DNA of 64,000 nucleotides from sequence record NC_042116.1; one strand, 5' to 3'. Shown piece by piece: positions 41,115 to 50,744 of this stretch (position 1 is its first letter; each line of letters starts with the position of its first letter). The notes under the pieces were generated by a model. It saw only the letters and a program-made list of their open reading frames with translations, ran no database searches and was not told where the DNA came from. The position numbers and the translations under genes were made by a program.

Positions 41115-41453
41115 ATGTCTCACTAGATTGATAAAACTTGGATATATGTATTTGTCCGTACTGATTTACCAGTAGAACAGATTGTAGTACAATCAAATCA
41201 TGCCGCCTATGAAAGCGGATTAGCATTCGACAATAACAGTACTGAGACAAGTTCTCTAATCGTTATTTCGTGTAAGAATAAACATAAGTTACAAAAAGCA
41301 TACGATGAACTCCAAGCTGAAGGTATTGATTTAATTCAATTCCATGAACCAGATTGGGATTATGGTTTAACTGCCTTTGCAAGTGCTCCAGTAACTGCTG
41401 AACAGCGTAGTATCTTCCGTAAGTTTCAACTTTTCCGTGGAGGTGCTAAATGA
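41115..41453 (+). CDS. Pth2-like protein with in-frame TAG at codon 4 (41124-41126)
   Basis: hand translation MSH*IDKTWIYVFVRTDL...QSNHAA...FHEPDWDYGLTAFA...; ends TGA overlapping next ATG; missed by the ORF track. Confidence 0.7.
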
Positions 41454-42016
41454 TTTATCCTAACACTTTCGATGAATTGCTACAAGTAATGCAAAGTACT
41501 GAACAGATGAAAGGTCTTAGTGTTCATGCACATGGGCTTATGGTGGTTGAACAGTACAAAGTACTAATTTCAGAATTAGATTCTGGATAGGGCGATTCTA
41601 TATTACTTGAAGTATATAGTAAAATTAAAAATAATATTTTACCTGATGATATTGTATTACGTTACCAAGAGTTTCATGATTGTGGTAAGCCAATATGTCG
41701 TGTAGTTGATGATGAAGGTAAGGTGCATTTTCCTGAACATGCAACTATAAGTGCAAATGTTTGGGACAGGTTATATCCTGATGAAAAAATCATTCAAGAG
41801 TTAATTCGAAAAGATATGACATTTCATCTTGCAAAAGCTGATGAGTTTGATATAATATGGAATGATCCATTAGCACCTACTCTATATGTTACTGCATGGG
41901 CTGAAATTTTAGCGAATTGTACAATGTTTGGTGGGCAGGATAGTAATTCTTTTAAAATTAAAAAGAAAAAGTTAATCCAAGCAGGTAAAAAGTTCTTAAA
42001 CTCTTTACCTATATAA
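41450..42016 (+). CDS. HD-domain protein with in-frame TAG (41588-41590)
   Basis: GGAGG RBS; MIYPN..SV.AHG...SG*GDS...FHDCGKP...HFPEHA..SA, continuous with the track ORF 41723-42016. Confidence 0.75.
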
Positions 42017-42058
42017 ACTATCGGCGGCTTTTGTCGCCAGTTTTAAAAGGTCTTCATT

Positions 42059-42487
42059 ATGGAAAACACAATTATTGTTGATATTTTTAAAGGTGCGACC
42101 CAAGAAACTGTTTTTGTTTGTAATATAAAAAACCAGTACTTTTCACCTGAACAAACGTATAATATTCATGAACATGAATATATTAAACGGTATGATTCCC
42201 ATTTATATCGTAAAATCGGTGAAAAAAATTGCCGTGAAAGTTTAAATGAAACTATGGTTGGTTATTTTGTTAGTTTAGCTAACATTTTAACCCAAACATA
42301 TAATTTAGGTAAACTTGATAGTGTGATCTTCAACTCAAGTGGCTATGGTGATTGTACGGGTAATACCTTCATTTTAAGTACTAATGAATTTTCACAAAAG
42401 GAAGAAGATAAGATGATTATTGATGATAAGGATTTACTCTTTAATATGTATAAAGAAACATTTCCTGATCACGAATTAAATTTATAA
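42059..42487 (+). CDS. hypothetical protein
   Basis: 142 aa. Confidence 0.65.
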   Translation: MENTIIVDIFKGATQETVFVCNIKNQYFSPEQTYNIHEHEYIKRYDSHLYRKIGEKNCRESLNETMVGYFVSLANILTQTYNLGKLDSVIFNSSGYGDCTGNTFILSTNEFSQKEEDKMIIDDKDLLFNMYKETFPDHELNL

Positions 42488-42496
42488 GGATGTATT

Positions 42497-42688
42497 ATGA
42501 TTACTACTGAAAATATAACACTTCATGATGATTTAGATGAATCATATGGTTCTCCATATGGATTAGAATATAAAGGATATACTTTTGTATTCAATTCTAT
42601 TGAAGACCGTGATTTATGGATTAGCGATTGCAATGATGATGATTTGGATTATATTATTGAAAATGAAAGCGTAGAAACTGAGGATTAA
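42497..42688 (+). CDS. hypothetical acidic protein
   Basis: 63 aa, AAGGA RBS. Confidence 0.6.
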   Translation: MITTENITLHDDLDESYGSPYGLEYKGYTFVFNSIEDRDLWISDCNDDDLDYIIENESVETED

Positions 42689-42691
42689 ACA

Positions 42692-43042
42692 ATGGGTTCG
42701 GATGTAAAAGCTTCAATTAATGTAAAACTTGTTAAACAGCCACGTGGCATGAAAGGTGCTAAACCTGATATTGAACAAATTCATATCGATTTGTGTTCTA
42801 TTGTTGAAAACGAAACATTTTCTATTAATAGTAATACTCATCTTGTTGCTGAACCTGAATGTCGTTGGCATAGTATTGATGCAGATATGAAAAAATTATC
42901 AGTACTATATCCTGGAATTTTATTCACGGTTAACGTTAGTATTCCTGATTATGAAGTAAATGAACTGCATTACTTCTATGAAGGCAAAACTCACGAAGCT
43001 GTGATCACATTCTCACCATTCAATGAAGAACTTTTGAAATAA
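42692..43042 (+). CDS. hypothetical protein
   Basis: 116 aa, 'RWH...DMKKLS..YP..LF'. Confidence 0.7.
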   Translation: MGSDVKASINVKLVKQPRGMKGAKPDIEQIHIDLCSIVENETFSINSNTHLVAEPECRWHSIDADMKKLSVLYPGILFTVNVSIPDYEVNELHYFYEGKTHEAVITFSPFNEELLK

Positions 43043-43098
43043 ATAAAGTACCACAAAAGATGAAACAGTATATTTTTTTGTGGTATAATATTAGTATT

Positions 43099-43172
43099 CT
43101 CCTGTTAGCTCAATTGGATAGAGCAACAAACTTCTAATTTGTAGGTTACTGGTTCGAATCCAGTATGGGAGA
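43099..43172 (+). tRNA. tRNA-Arg(UCU)
   Basis: ACAAA-CTTCTAA-TTTGT, canonical D and T arms, own TGGTATAAT promoter. Confidence 0.9.
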
Positions 43173-43210
43173 CAAACAATATAGCCTAAGCATATGCTTA
43201 GGTTTTTTTA

Positions 43211-43615
43211 TTGGTAAAATATATGAAAGAATTAACATATCCAGAAGAAATTTTTAAAGCACTTGAAGATATACATACAAAGTTCATTATACCTAATGGT
43301 AAAGTTGATAGATTTGTATCTTGGTATGATTTGGACCGTGATTTAACCGATTATGGATTTGAAATATATCCATATAAAAATGATGAATCACCAGATCAAA
43401 TATGTTTGTATGGAAGTATAGGTACTACATATATAACAAATCACACTCTTATTTTTTTTATACATGGTGGCGGAATTCCTCCTTCATATATTGATGATTA
43501 TATAAATCTTACCGAAGAACAACATTTTCAACTTGGAACAACTACATTCCTTGCTGGAGTTTTTGAATTTAATGATTTTAAGAAAATACACGAATACTTT
43601 AAGAAGATTACATAA
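43211..43615 (+). CDS. hypothetical protein ('EExxFQ' family)
   Basis: 'TEEQHFQLGT'. Confidence 0.65.
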   Translation: MVKYMKELTYPEEIFKALEDIHTKFIIPNGKVDRFVSWYDLDRDLTDYGFEIYPYKNDESPDQICLYGSIGTTYITNHTLIFFIHGGGIPPSYIDDYINLTEEQHFQLGTTTFLAGVFEFNDFKKIHEYFKKIT

Positions 43616-44091
43616 TGGAAAGAATATTAGTTTTTAATTATGAATATGAAACTCATGTTGAATACCCAGGTGGTCCTGGTTGTCTTGGAAAAATTGAATG
43701 GAACGAAATTAGTGAAACGATATTTGAAATATTCGAATTACAAACTGATGGTACATATAGATTAATAACTCAATTTGACCAAACAGCATATACATTTGAT
43801 GAAATATGTAACTATCAATACGATTTATATTTGTTAGTACTAACAAATGAGGCATATCATTTTAATAATATTCATGAAGAAAGAGTTGATCTGTTTGAAG
43901 AATTGTGTAAGAATGAACTTAACACTTTAAACAACCGAATGTGGATTGAGTACTGGATACAGTACCATCATACTAGATGGATAAATGATTATGAAGAAAA
44001 ACAAGCCACAATTGCCGCTGAAGAAGCCGAAAGCCAATCCATTACCGTGGCTTCAACAATGGTTGAAAACGCCTCAGATGCCTGTCAGTGA
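43615..44091 (+). CDS. hypothetical protein
   Basis: 158 aa. Confidence 0.65.
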   Translation: MERILVFNYEYETHVEYPGGPGCLGKIEWNEISETIFEIFELQTDGTYRLITQFDQTAYTFDEICNYQYDLYLLVLTNEAYHFNNIHEERVDLFEELCKNELNTLNNRMWIEYWIQYHHTRWINDYEEKQATIAAEEAESQSITVASTMVENASDACQ

Positions 44092-44245
44092 GCTTCCTGA
44101 AGTTAATAAAAATAAAGGGGTTGACAATGAATCCAAACAGTAGTATAGTACATAAATCAACAAGACTTAGTGATGAAACAAAATCTCGGCTGAAAGAAAT
44201 GTTAAATCCATTAAGTAATGTGGTATTTGTCAACTTCAAGAGGAA

Positions 44246-44446
44246 GTGATTATGTCTCATTTTACAAATATTGTTAAATTAGATGTTCAGAATGGTTATT
44301 GGTACGATGTTTATATGGAAGCAATTAATATTGCTAAAATGCTTGACAAGAACGTTGAATTCTTGTTTAATGGTGTTCAAATTACATTGAATAAAAATTC
44401 AAGTCCTGAATGTTTCGTTAAACAGTATGGAAAAGCGGTAATTTGA
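44246..44446 (+). CDS. hypothetical protein
   Basis: 66 aa, 'A.E.A......V.F.FNGV'. Confidence 0.65.
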   Translation: MIMSHFTNIVKLDVQNGYWYDVYMEAINIAKMLDKNVEFLFNGVQITLNKNSSPECFVKQYGKAVI

Positions 44447-44523
44447 ATTCCAACTGTTTGAAAGTACTAAAAAAACTTGAAACAGTTTCTGAAAGTGTGG
44501 TATAATATACGTATTGAAAGAAT

Positions 44524-44599
44524 GCCTTTGTAGCTCAGTGGTTAGAGCGGGAATCTCTAAAATTCTTTGTCGTCGGTTCGAGTCCGACCATCGGCACCA
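44524..44599 (+). tRNA. amber suppressor tRNA (anticodon CUA)
   Basis: D arm GCTC-AGTGGTTA-GAGC, GGAAT-CTCTAAA-ATTCT (CTA 44557-44559), T arm GTCGG-TTCGAGT-CCGAC, CCA encoded; acceptor stem has 2 mismatches. Confidence 0.8.
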
Positions 44600-44602
44600 A
44601 AA

Positions 44603-44788
44603 TATAAGTGAGCTTTAGTGGTTCATTGGAAACAATGCGGGTATGAGGATGGCGTACCTCAAACAGACAAAATACGTTCTGTTGCTGAAAGATGCTAAGA
44701 TGGTTCAATTCCATCTACCCGCCGCACTAAAGGTAGCATCGAAAGATGAGAAAATAACACGAGGCGTCGGAATACGCCTACACTTATA
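44603..44788 (+). ncRNA. nested structured RNA containing a tRNA-like domain
   Basis: helices TATAAGTG/CACTTATA and CTTTAGTG/CACTAAAG enclose GCGGGTA/TACCCGC cloverleaf with GGTTCAATTCC T loop and a non-canonical anticodon loop. Confidence 0.55.
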
Positions 44789-45067
44789 ATCGTACAATGG
44801 GGCATATAGCCGATAACACCCTTTGGCTTCCAACGCGGTGTAGGGTGCGGAATATCCCCGCCATGCCAACTTTAATGTTGCGTAAGCTAATGCGTCGTAA
44901 TGGGAGTTAAGATGAAACCTGATTATATTGAATGTTTAGCAAGTGGTGCTGGACATAATTATCAAAAGCAGTCTATACCATCAGAGTATATCTGTGGTAC
45001 TGAAGGTTTAGAACCAACTGAAGTAGTACAATGTCAGTACTGCGGTGAAGAAAAGAAATAATTAAAC

Positions 45068-45145
45068 GGCCCTTTACACACTCGCGTGAATGTGCTCTCC
45101 TCATAAGAGATGATAAGCTGGGTTAGACTCCCAGAAGGGCCACCA
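45068..45145 (+). tRNA. tRNA with CAU anticodon (Met or Ile2), atypical D/T loops
   Basis: GGCCTTT/AAGGGCC, TCTC-CTCATAA-GAGA, T loop TTAGACT, CCA. Confidence 0.7.
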
Positions 45146-45163
45146 TATTTTAAATGTATTTAA

Positions 45164-45565
45164 ATGAAAATTGAATTAGAATATCCATATAATCAAGATT
45201 GGAAAAGTGGATACCTTGTGGTAAATCCAGAAGGAAGAAAAACCGTAATACTATTCAATAGTGATAAAAATAGATCTTCAACTGCATATGCAAGATATTT
45301 GCTTGCAGTAAAAGAAGGTCGATATTTAACTGAAAATGAACAAGCGGATCACAAAGATACCGATAAAACAAATGATTCTATTGATAATCTTCAAATTCTA
45401 AGTATTGAAGAACACAAAGAAAAAACTATTTTTGAATTTTCTGGTAAAACATATATTGACTTTATATGTGAAACATGTAATAATCCTTTTAAGCGTGAAA
45501 TTAGGCAAGTAAAGACCTATACAAAATATTGTAGTAGAGAATGCTCATACAAACGAACCAAATAA
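45164..45565 (+). CDS. HNH endonuclease
   Basis: 'ADHKD.DKTND..DNLQILS..EH.EKT', C-terminal CETC..YCSREC. Confidence 0.8.
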   Translation: MKIELEYPYNQDWKSGYLVVNPEGRKTVILFNSDKNRSSTAYARYLLAVKEGRYLTENEQADHKDTDKTNDSIDNLQILSIEEHKEKTIFEFSGKTYIDFICETCNNPFKREIRQVKTYTKYCSRECSYKRTK

Positions 45566-45580
45566 TCGGAGTACTGAAAC

Positions 45581-45901
45581 ATGAACCAAAACTACATGAT
45601 GCCGTATCAAGGCAAAACCATCGCTGAAGAATCAATCGAATTGGCACAAACTTTCGTTGATCACTTCAAAGATAAATTTGACTTCTCTCCGCATATTGAT
45701 AAAATTGCGGAAGATATTGAAAACTACGTGTTCAGCGGCAATTGGGATCATACCATTGAAGTTGAAGTTGACGGTGTTCCGTGGATTCGTGTTATTCAAG
45801 AAGATGAATACGACCAGCATATGGACGAAGACGACGAAGAAACACCATCTAATGATGATGTTGATTATGTCGGCGGCTATTACGTCATGCTGGTGAATTA
45901 A
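45581..45901 (+). CDS. hypothetical acidic protein
   Basis: 106 aa. Confidence 0.7.
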   Translation: MNQNYMMPYQGKTIAEESIELAQTFVDHFKDKFDFSPHIDKIAEDIENYVFSGNWDHTIEVEVDGVPWIRVIQEDEYDQHMDEDDEETPSNDDVDYVGGYYVMLVN

Positions 45902-46237
45902 GATACACGCTACTTGATCGTAGCTAGGGGAATTGTTATCCTCGAATGTAGCCAGTTAATCGCGGTAAAATAAACTCTAATGTAAGAGTACTTACATCTT
46001 GACGTGGCAAGAATGGGATGGGGCTGGAGAGGAAACTCTGTGAAGGTCACGACCCCCAACCATTAACTATTAATTGAGGTTATATGAATTACTTAAAACA
46101 TAAGTTACATTTAATATTATTTTCAATATTAGTACTATCAGTATTGGGTATTATTACCAATTCTATTGCAGAAGGTATAGATCGTATAATTTCTCAAGAA
46201 ATGGTAGATAATACTTATAAAATTAACAGGTGATAAA

Positions 46238-46483
46238 ATGACACTTGAAGAAATACAAAAAAAGCTTGACAATTCTTTTCAAAATGGTTATTATATTCGT
46301 CGCCCTCACTTTAATGCGGTTGATAATAATTTCGGAAATGTCAATGCTAAAATTGAATGTTATATTTCTCGTACAGGAAATGTGTATGACATCCGTTATG
46401 AAAATAACAAGATTACATCAGTTGTTAGTACGGTTTTCACATTAATTGAAAAACAAACTGATGATTGGGAGATTGTAATATGA
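46238..46483 (+). CDS. hypothetical protein
   Basis: 81 aa. Confidence 0.6.
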   Translation: MTLEEIQKKLDNSFQNGYYIRRPHFNAVDNNFGNVNAKIECYISRTGNVYDIRYENNKITSVVSTVFTLIEKQTDDWEIVI

Positions 46484-46671
46484 TATTAACCCTAATTTTT
46501 TTGTGGAGTCTATTAAACGGTATTTCATGTTGGACTATGGCTATTATGGCTATATTAACATCAGAATATCAAATATTTTTCAATAAGGCTGGGAATGGAT
46601 TTTTATATACACTAATATGTATTGATTCATATCTACGAATTTTTTCTAATACCCATACAGGACTGTGGTAA
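46465..46671 (+). CDS. small membrane protein
   Basis: hydrophobic 68 aa. Confidence 0.5.
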   Translation: MGDCNMILTLIFLWSLLNGISCWTMAIMAILTSEYQIFFNKAGNGFLYTLICIDSYLRIFSNTHTGLW

Positions 46672-47105
46672 TGAAAACCTTAACTACTTCAGATTTTAAA
46701 ATTCAAGAACTTTCTAAAATGTGTATAGATTCACATCTATTTCATTCATATACATGGACAATGTTTCAATGTTTCAATGATGTAATTGATGATGATGAAA
46801 TAGCAAAAAATTCTGAAATAATCATTTTACAAGATGATTTTGGAAAAAATATTGGTGCTATATTTCATAACGATGAAAATCATTATTTTGGTACTAATAT
46901 TCAAGTATTTGTGTTAGAATCAAAACGTGGTAATGGTTATGGAAAATTTTTGTACAAAGAAATGAATAAATTTCTTATTAAACAAAAATTTGATGGGACA
47001 TTGTATGCAGGATCAGGGATCGTTGGATCAATGGATTTTTGGGATAAAATGTCAAAATTACATGAAAGTACTGAATGCTTAGAACTACATGCTGAGTACT
47101 TTTAA
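46665..47105 (+). CDS. GNAT-like acetyltransferase
   Basis: acetyl-CoA loop 'VFV..SKRGNGYGKFL', 'S..FW.K'. Confidence 0.6.
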   Translation: MVMKTLTTSDFKIQELSKMCIDSHLFHSYTWTMFQCFNDVIDDDEIAKNSEIIILQDDFGKNIGAIFHNDENHYFGTNIQVFVLESKRGNGYGKFLYKEMNKFLIKQKFDGTLYAGSGIVGSMDFWDKMSKLHESTECLELHAEYF

Positions 47106-47116
47106 TATATAATATT

Positions 47117-47201
47117 GCGTTTGTGGTGAAATTGGTAACCACAGGGGACTTAAAATCCCCCGCCCGTATAGGGCTTGTCGGTTCGAGTCCGACCAGACGC
47201 A
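47117..47201 (+). tRNA. tRNA-Leu(UAA)
   Basis: GGGGA-CTTAAAA-TCCCC, long variable arm. Confidence 0.9.
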
Positions 47202-47333
47202 CAAAAATTTTCAAGGCGATATGAGCTATCCACATAATATAATTAATGTATATGGTACTGAATAACCGTATTAAAAACTGGATAGTAATAATATTAAAGT
47301 TATGTATTATCGAAATGATGAAAAGGAACAATT

Positions 47334-47636
47334 ATGAAAAAGATTTTTGTAGTACCAAATGGTGAAAGTTATTTTGGTGTTAGTATGGTAGCACTTACCG
47401 AAGATGGTGATTGTATCGCTGGTCATCTAAGTAGTAATACTACATGGGGCCGCCATGACATGGGCATTGGTTCTGATTGGAAGCACGATCTTTATGATAA
47501 AGAATATGGTGCTGGTGAATGGGAACTGTTGTATGCTGATGATATCGTTATGAATTCACCTGAATTTTTACTCGCAGTTCAGCGTAATCATGAAAAAGCA
47601 GAACTCGCAGAAACTGAAGATGAAGAAACTGAGTAA
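47334..47636 (+). CDS. conserved phage hypothetical protein
   Basis: 'A.HLSS...WG.HDMG..S.WKH..Y'. Confidence 0.75.
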   Translation: MKKIFVVPNGESYFGVSMVALTEDGDCIAGHLSSNTTWGRHDMGIGSDWKHDLYDKEYGAGEWELLYADDIVMNSPEFLLAVQRNHEKAELAETEDEETE

Positions 47637-47693
47637 GTGTTCTGTTAACTGAATCTAATCTTTTATGTAATCAATAAATTATAAAGGTAAAAT

Positions 47694-47927
47694 ATGAAAA
47701 TTATCGAAGATGCAGTACTTGCCAAAATGAACCTACAGCGTTTGAAAACTCATCGTACTTCAGTACTGGCTAGCATCAACAAAGAGTTTTTTGATTATAC
47801 TAAAGATGACGACCAAATTCGTTTTCCGGTAAATCATGATACTCAAGAATATTTCGATGCAATTGAGTATCGTAATAAGGTTAATAAACATTACAATGCT
47901 GCTCGTACAGCAGTTAAGGTGAAATAA
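47694..47927 (+). CDS. hypothetical protein
   Basis: 77 aa. Confidence 0.65.
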   Translation: MKIIEDAVLAKMNLQRLKTHRTSVLASINKEFFDYTKDDDQIRFPVNHDTQEYFDAIEYRNKVNKHYNAARTAVKVK

Positions 47928-48145
47928 TGTGGATTATATGTGATTCATTTGATAAAATACCAGTAGGTACTTGGCTTGGAACTGCATTAGAAACAGATCA
48001 AGATAACAATAAAGTACTGGTAAAGATTGAAGTGATCACAGCATCTACATTTACTTTATGTGTTGTCGATGGTGCTAACGCATCTGACCGTGATTACTTG
48101 AAGCTTCTTGCATATTGCGAACCTCCTAAATTATTCGGAGAATAA
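47927..48145 (+). CDS. hypothetical protein
   Basis: 72 aa. Confidence 0.6.
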   Translation: MWIICDSFDKIPVGTWLGTALETDQDNNKVLVKIEVITASTFTLCVVDGANASDRDYLKLLAYCEPPKLFGE

Positions 48146-48611
48146 TATGATTGGTAGTACTGTAATATTTGAATATCATGAAATGTGTTATCCTTACCAT
48201 ATTGCATGTTTTCATACCCATAAACAACTGACCAATGAAGAACTTGAAGCAGAGATGTGTAAAGTACTTGGTTGGGATGAAATGGATGATTGGCACCGCC
48301 ATTCTTTAACTTTTATTGATCATAACCGTCTACGGGGATTATCAATTTTGGGTGAAGAAATTGATCCTGATGTTCATCGTGCGTTGAAACGATTCTTTCC
48401 TGAATCGTTAAAAGGTATAGCTGATGATGAATCATTCGGTAATTTTAGTTATCAGTACTATGATGCTAAAGCTAATGAAGTAGTTTGGATGAATTTGTAT
48501 CAAGATGAACTAACTGAACGTTTACGTGAATTACAAAAAGCATCTGCTGCTGCATTTCAAGAACGCCGTGCACGTGAAAAAGAGGATATGAAAAATGTCA
48601 ATAAAAGTTGA
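48108..48611 (+). CDS. hypothetical protein
   Basis: ORF; real start probably ~48147 (GGAG RBS). Confidence 0.65.
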   Translation: MHIANLLNYSENNMIGSTVIFEYHEMCYPYHIACFHTHKQLTNEELEAEMCKVLGWDEMDDWHRHSLTFIDHNRLRGLSILGEEIDPDVHRALKRFFPESLKGIADDESFGNFSYQYYDAKANEVVWMNLYQDELTERLRELQKASAAAFQERRAREKEDMKNVNKS

Positions 48612-48791
48612 TCCAGAAACACAAAAAGCTGTAGATCCTGAGAGTATTGGTAAAGATTCATGGAAACGCTTTTTGTTAGCAGTACTTATAGTTTCTGCTG
48701 CAATCATCACTTATAAGATTTTGTAAAAAGTACTTGACATATAGAAAATTTTATAGTACTATATGTCGAGTTGAATTAATTCATAGGTATT

Positions 48792-49022
48792 TTGATGAAA
48801 ATTTTATTTTGTTGGTTAATTGGTGCAATGTCTGTTATTTTAGGTATGATGTTTACGGCTTGGAGAACGGCAACATTGCCACAAGGTAATTTGTATTTTT
48901 TATCTCCAGATGACCGGTTGTTAGTTAGTTTATGGACTGGTGGATTGTACTGTATGTGGTTTATAATTGTATCATTTTGTTTATGGTTAGTTTTTAAAGG
49001 TATTGATTATGCATATGAATAA
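48792..49022 (+). CDS. small membrane protein
   Basis: two TM helices. Confidence 0.6.
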   Translation: MMKILFCWLIGAMSVILGMMFTAWRTATLPQGNLYFLSPDDRLLVSLWTGGLYCMWFIIVSFCLWLVFKGIDYAYE

Positions 49023-49422
49023 AGTTCTTGATACTTGGATCGAAAATGTAAAAACTTATCCACCATCTGAAATCTTTTTTGAAAAGTACGGAAAAGATGC
49101 CAAAGCAGAAGAACGATTAAAAGTAATTTGCGAAGAGATGTATCGCTTTGTATTTCCAGAAGGAAAACCTAATTTATTGAGTAATCTTGGTTCTTCATAT
49201 CGTGATTTTGAAGTTGCTTATATCATGGGTTTCGATGGTATGAAGCCTGAATATATTACCAAAGTTAAAGACCAATTTTTGATTGATGTTAAAGAAACAA
49301 TCAAAGCGATGGATGATATGTGTAAAAAGGATCAAATCTTACAGCAATATTATACGCAATGGAAACTGAAATTTTCAGATATTAATTCAATTGTTTATGA
49401 TATGACTAAGGACTATGTATGA
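49003..49422 (+). CDS. hypothetical protein
   Basis: 139 aa. Confidence 0.65.
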   Translation: MIMHMNKVLDTWIENVKTYPPSEIFFEKYGKDAKAEERLKVICEEMYRFVFPEGKPNLLSNLGSSYRDFEVAYIMGFDGMKPEYITKVKDQFLIDVKETIKAMDDMCKKDQILQQYYTQWKLKFSDINSIVYDMTKDYV

Positions 49423-49601
49423 AAATTTTCACCTTAGATATGTCATATTATGGTTGCGTAGTGGTAATAGATGAAACAATTGAATCAGCATGGATTCGTA
49501 TTAAAAATGAACATCCAGTTGCTGTAAATTATAAAATATCTGATGTTAAAGAAAATGATATTGGAATTGATTTTATTTTCTCAAATTTTGGAGATTTATA
49601 A
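49419..49601 (+). CDS. hypothetical protein
   Basis: 60 aa, coupled. Confidence 0.55.
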   Translation: MKIFTLDMSYYGCVVVIDETIESAWIRIKNEHPVAVNYKISDVKENDIGIDFIFSNFGDL

Positions 49602-49915
49602 TGAAAAAGTTTAATTATACAACTAAAAATATTTTAGTATCACCGATAATTGAATTAGTTGATCGTGCGATAGATTATGATTATAATAATATCAGTTATT
49701 GGAATGAAGTTCGTGAAAGAATTGTCGATAATATACTAGAGGGTGTTTCATTAATTTGGGTGGAATATTTAACATTTGTATTGACAATTGAAATATCAGA
49801 TCCAGAATTAAATTATTCAGATAAACTTGATAAAGCTATTGACGATTTAGCTGGATACTGTTATGATTACGAATGTAATATTCGTATCGGTGGTGAAATA
49901 GTAAAGAGTGATTAA
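49601..49915 (+). CDS. hypothetical protein
   Basis: 104 aa. Confidence 0.6.
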   Translation: MKKFNYTTKNILVSPIIELVDRAIDYDYNNISYWNEVRERIVDNILEGVSLIWVEYLTFVLTIEISDPELNYSDKLDKAIDDLAGYCYDYECNIRIGGEIVKSD

Positions 49916-49921
49916 AAATAC

Positions 49922-50035
49922 GCAGTGATCGTCTAGAGGCTTAGGACACGAAAAGCGATTCTTGATTAAGAATCTTACGGCATCCACAACTTTCATTCAA
50001 CGAACGTAACGCAGGTTCGAATCCTGCTCACTGCA
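49922..50035 (+). ncRNA. tRNA-Glu-like gene interrupted by ACGGCA module (loop CTTTCAT, UUC)
   Basis: GCAGTGA/TCACTGC, Glu-type D arm TCGTCTAGAGGCTTAGGAC, insert GATTCTT-gatt-AAGAATC-tt-ACGGCA, T arm GCAGG-TTCGAAT-CCTGC. Confidence 0.75.
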
Positions 50036-50056
50036 CAAAAATTAAAAAGGTATTAT

Positions 50057-50431
50057 ATGAAACTTGAATATACTCCAGTACCACATAAAATCGGTCCATT
50101 ATTTGAAATTACGGTTGCACATGAACATGGTGATAGTGATAAATTAAACTACCATACATTGAAACTTGAAACTGCATCTGAAGATGAATTATTGACAGTA
50201 CTAAAATATATAAATGAAACTTCAGACCAGATTAACGAAAAACGCTGGTATGATAAAAAACTTCCATTGAATTTTAGTTATGACCATGATGTTCAATACG
50301 CTGAGGGTAAAACCTTGTATTTTGCATTACAACCAGATTCTATCTATAGTGAACCATATGCGGCGATTTCAATAAAAGAAGTTCGTTTTATTGATGCAAA
50401 TGGTGTTGAATCAATAGTTCAAGGTTGGTAA
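50057..50431 (+). CDS. hypothetical protein (HGD.D family, paralog of 52772)
   Basis: 'AHEHGDSD'. Confidence 0.7.
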   Translation: MKLEYTPVPHKIGPLFEITVAHEHGDSDKLNYHTLKLETASEDELLTVLKYINETSDQINEKRWYDKKLPLNFSYDHDVQYAEGKTLYFALQPDSIYSEPYAAISIKEVRFIDANGVESIVQGW

Positions 50432-50432
50432 T

Positions 50433-50735
50433 ATGAAAAGTATTTTGATTTTTGAATATGCAGCAACTGGTGAAGGTTGGCGTACTGTAATTCGTTTTCA
50501 TAATCAAAGTCGTGTTACAGATGAAGCAGCGATTGAAACATTAAAAGCAGAATTTGATCCGTATTTTCATGTAGGTTTTGAATTACATGATATCAGTACT
50601 GTAAAAGATAATGAATCAGTTATGCGAACTTTGAAAGAACATGTACCAATTTTATACAATTATGTTATGTTGCCGCCTGATAGTTATCATCCGGTAATTC
50701 ATGTAAAATATGAAGGTTATGTAAACTATTCATAA
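50433..50735 (+). CDS. hypothetical protein
   Basis: 'EY.ATGEG', 100 aa. Confidence 0.7.
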   Translation: MKSILIFEYAATGEGWRTVIRFHNQSRVTDEAAIETLKAEFDPYFHVGFELHDISTVKDNESVMRTLKEHVPILYNYVMLPPDSYHPVIHVKYEGYVNYS

Positions 50736-50744
50736 AAGTAATTT

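Noticed and set aside
44799-44868. tRNA-Gly(UCC) from loop CTTCCAA and GGCAT/ATGCC ends
   Set aside because: Anticodon stem, D arm and T loop do not form; at best a decayed tRNA-like remnant.
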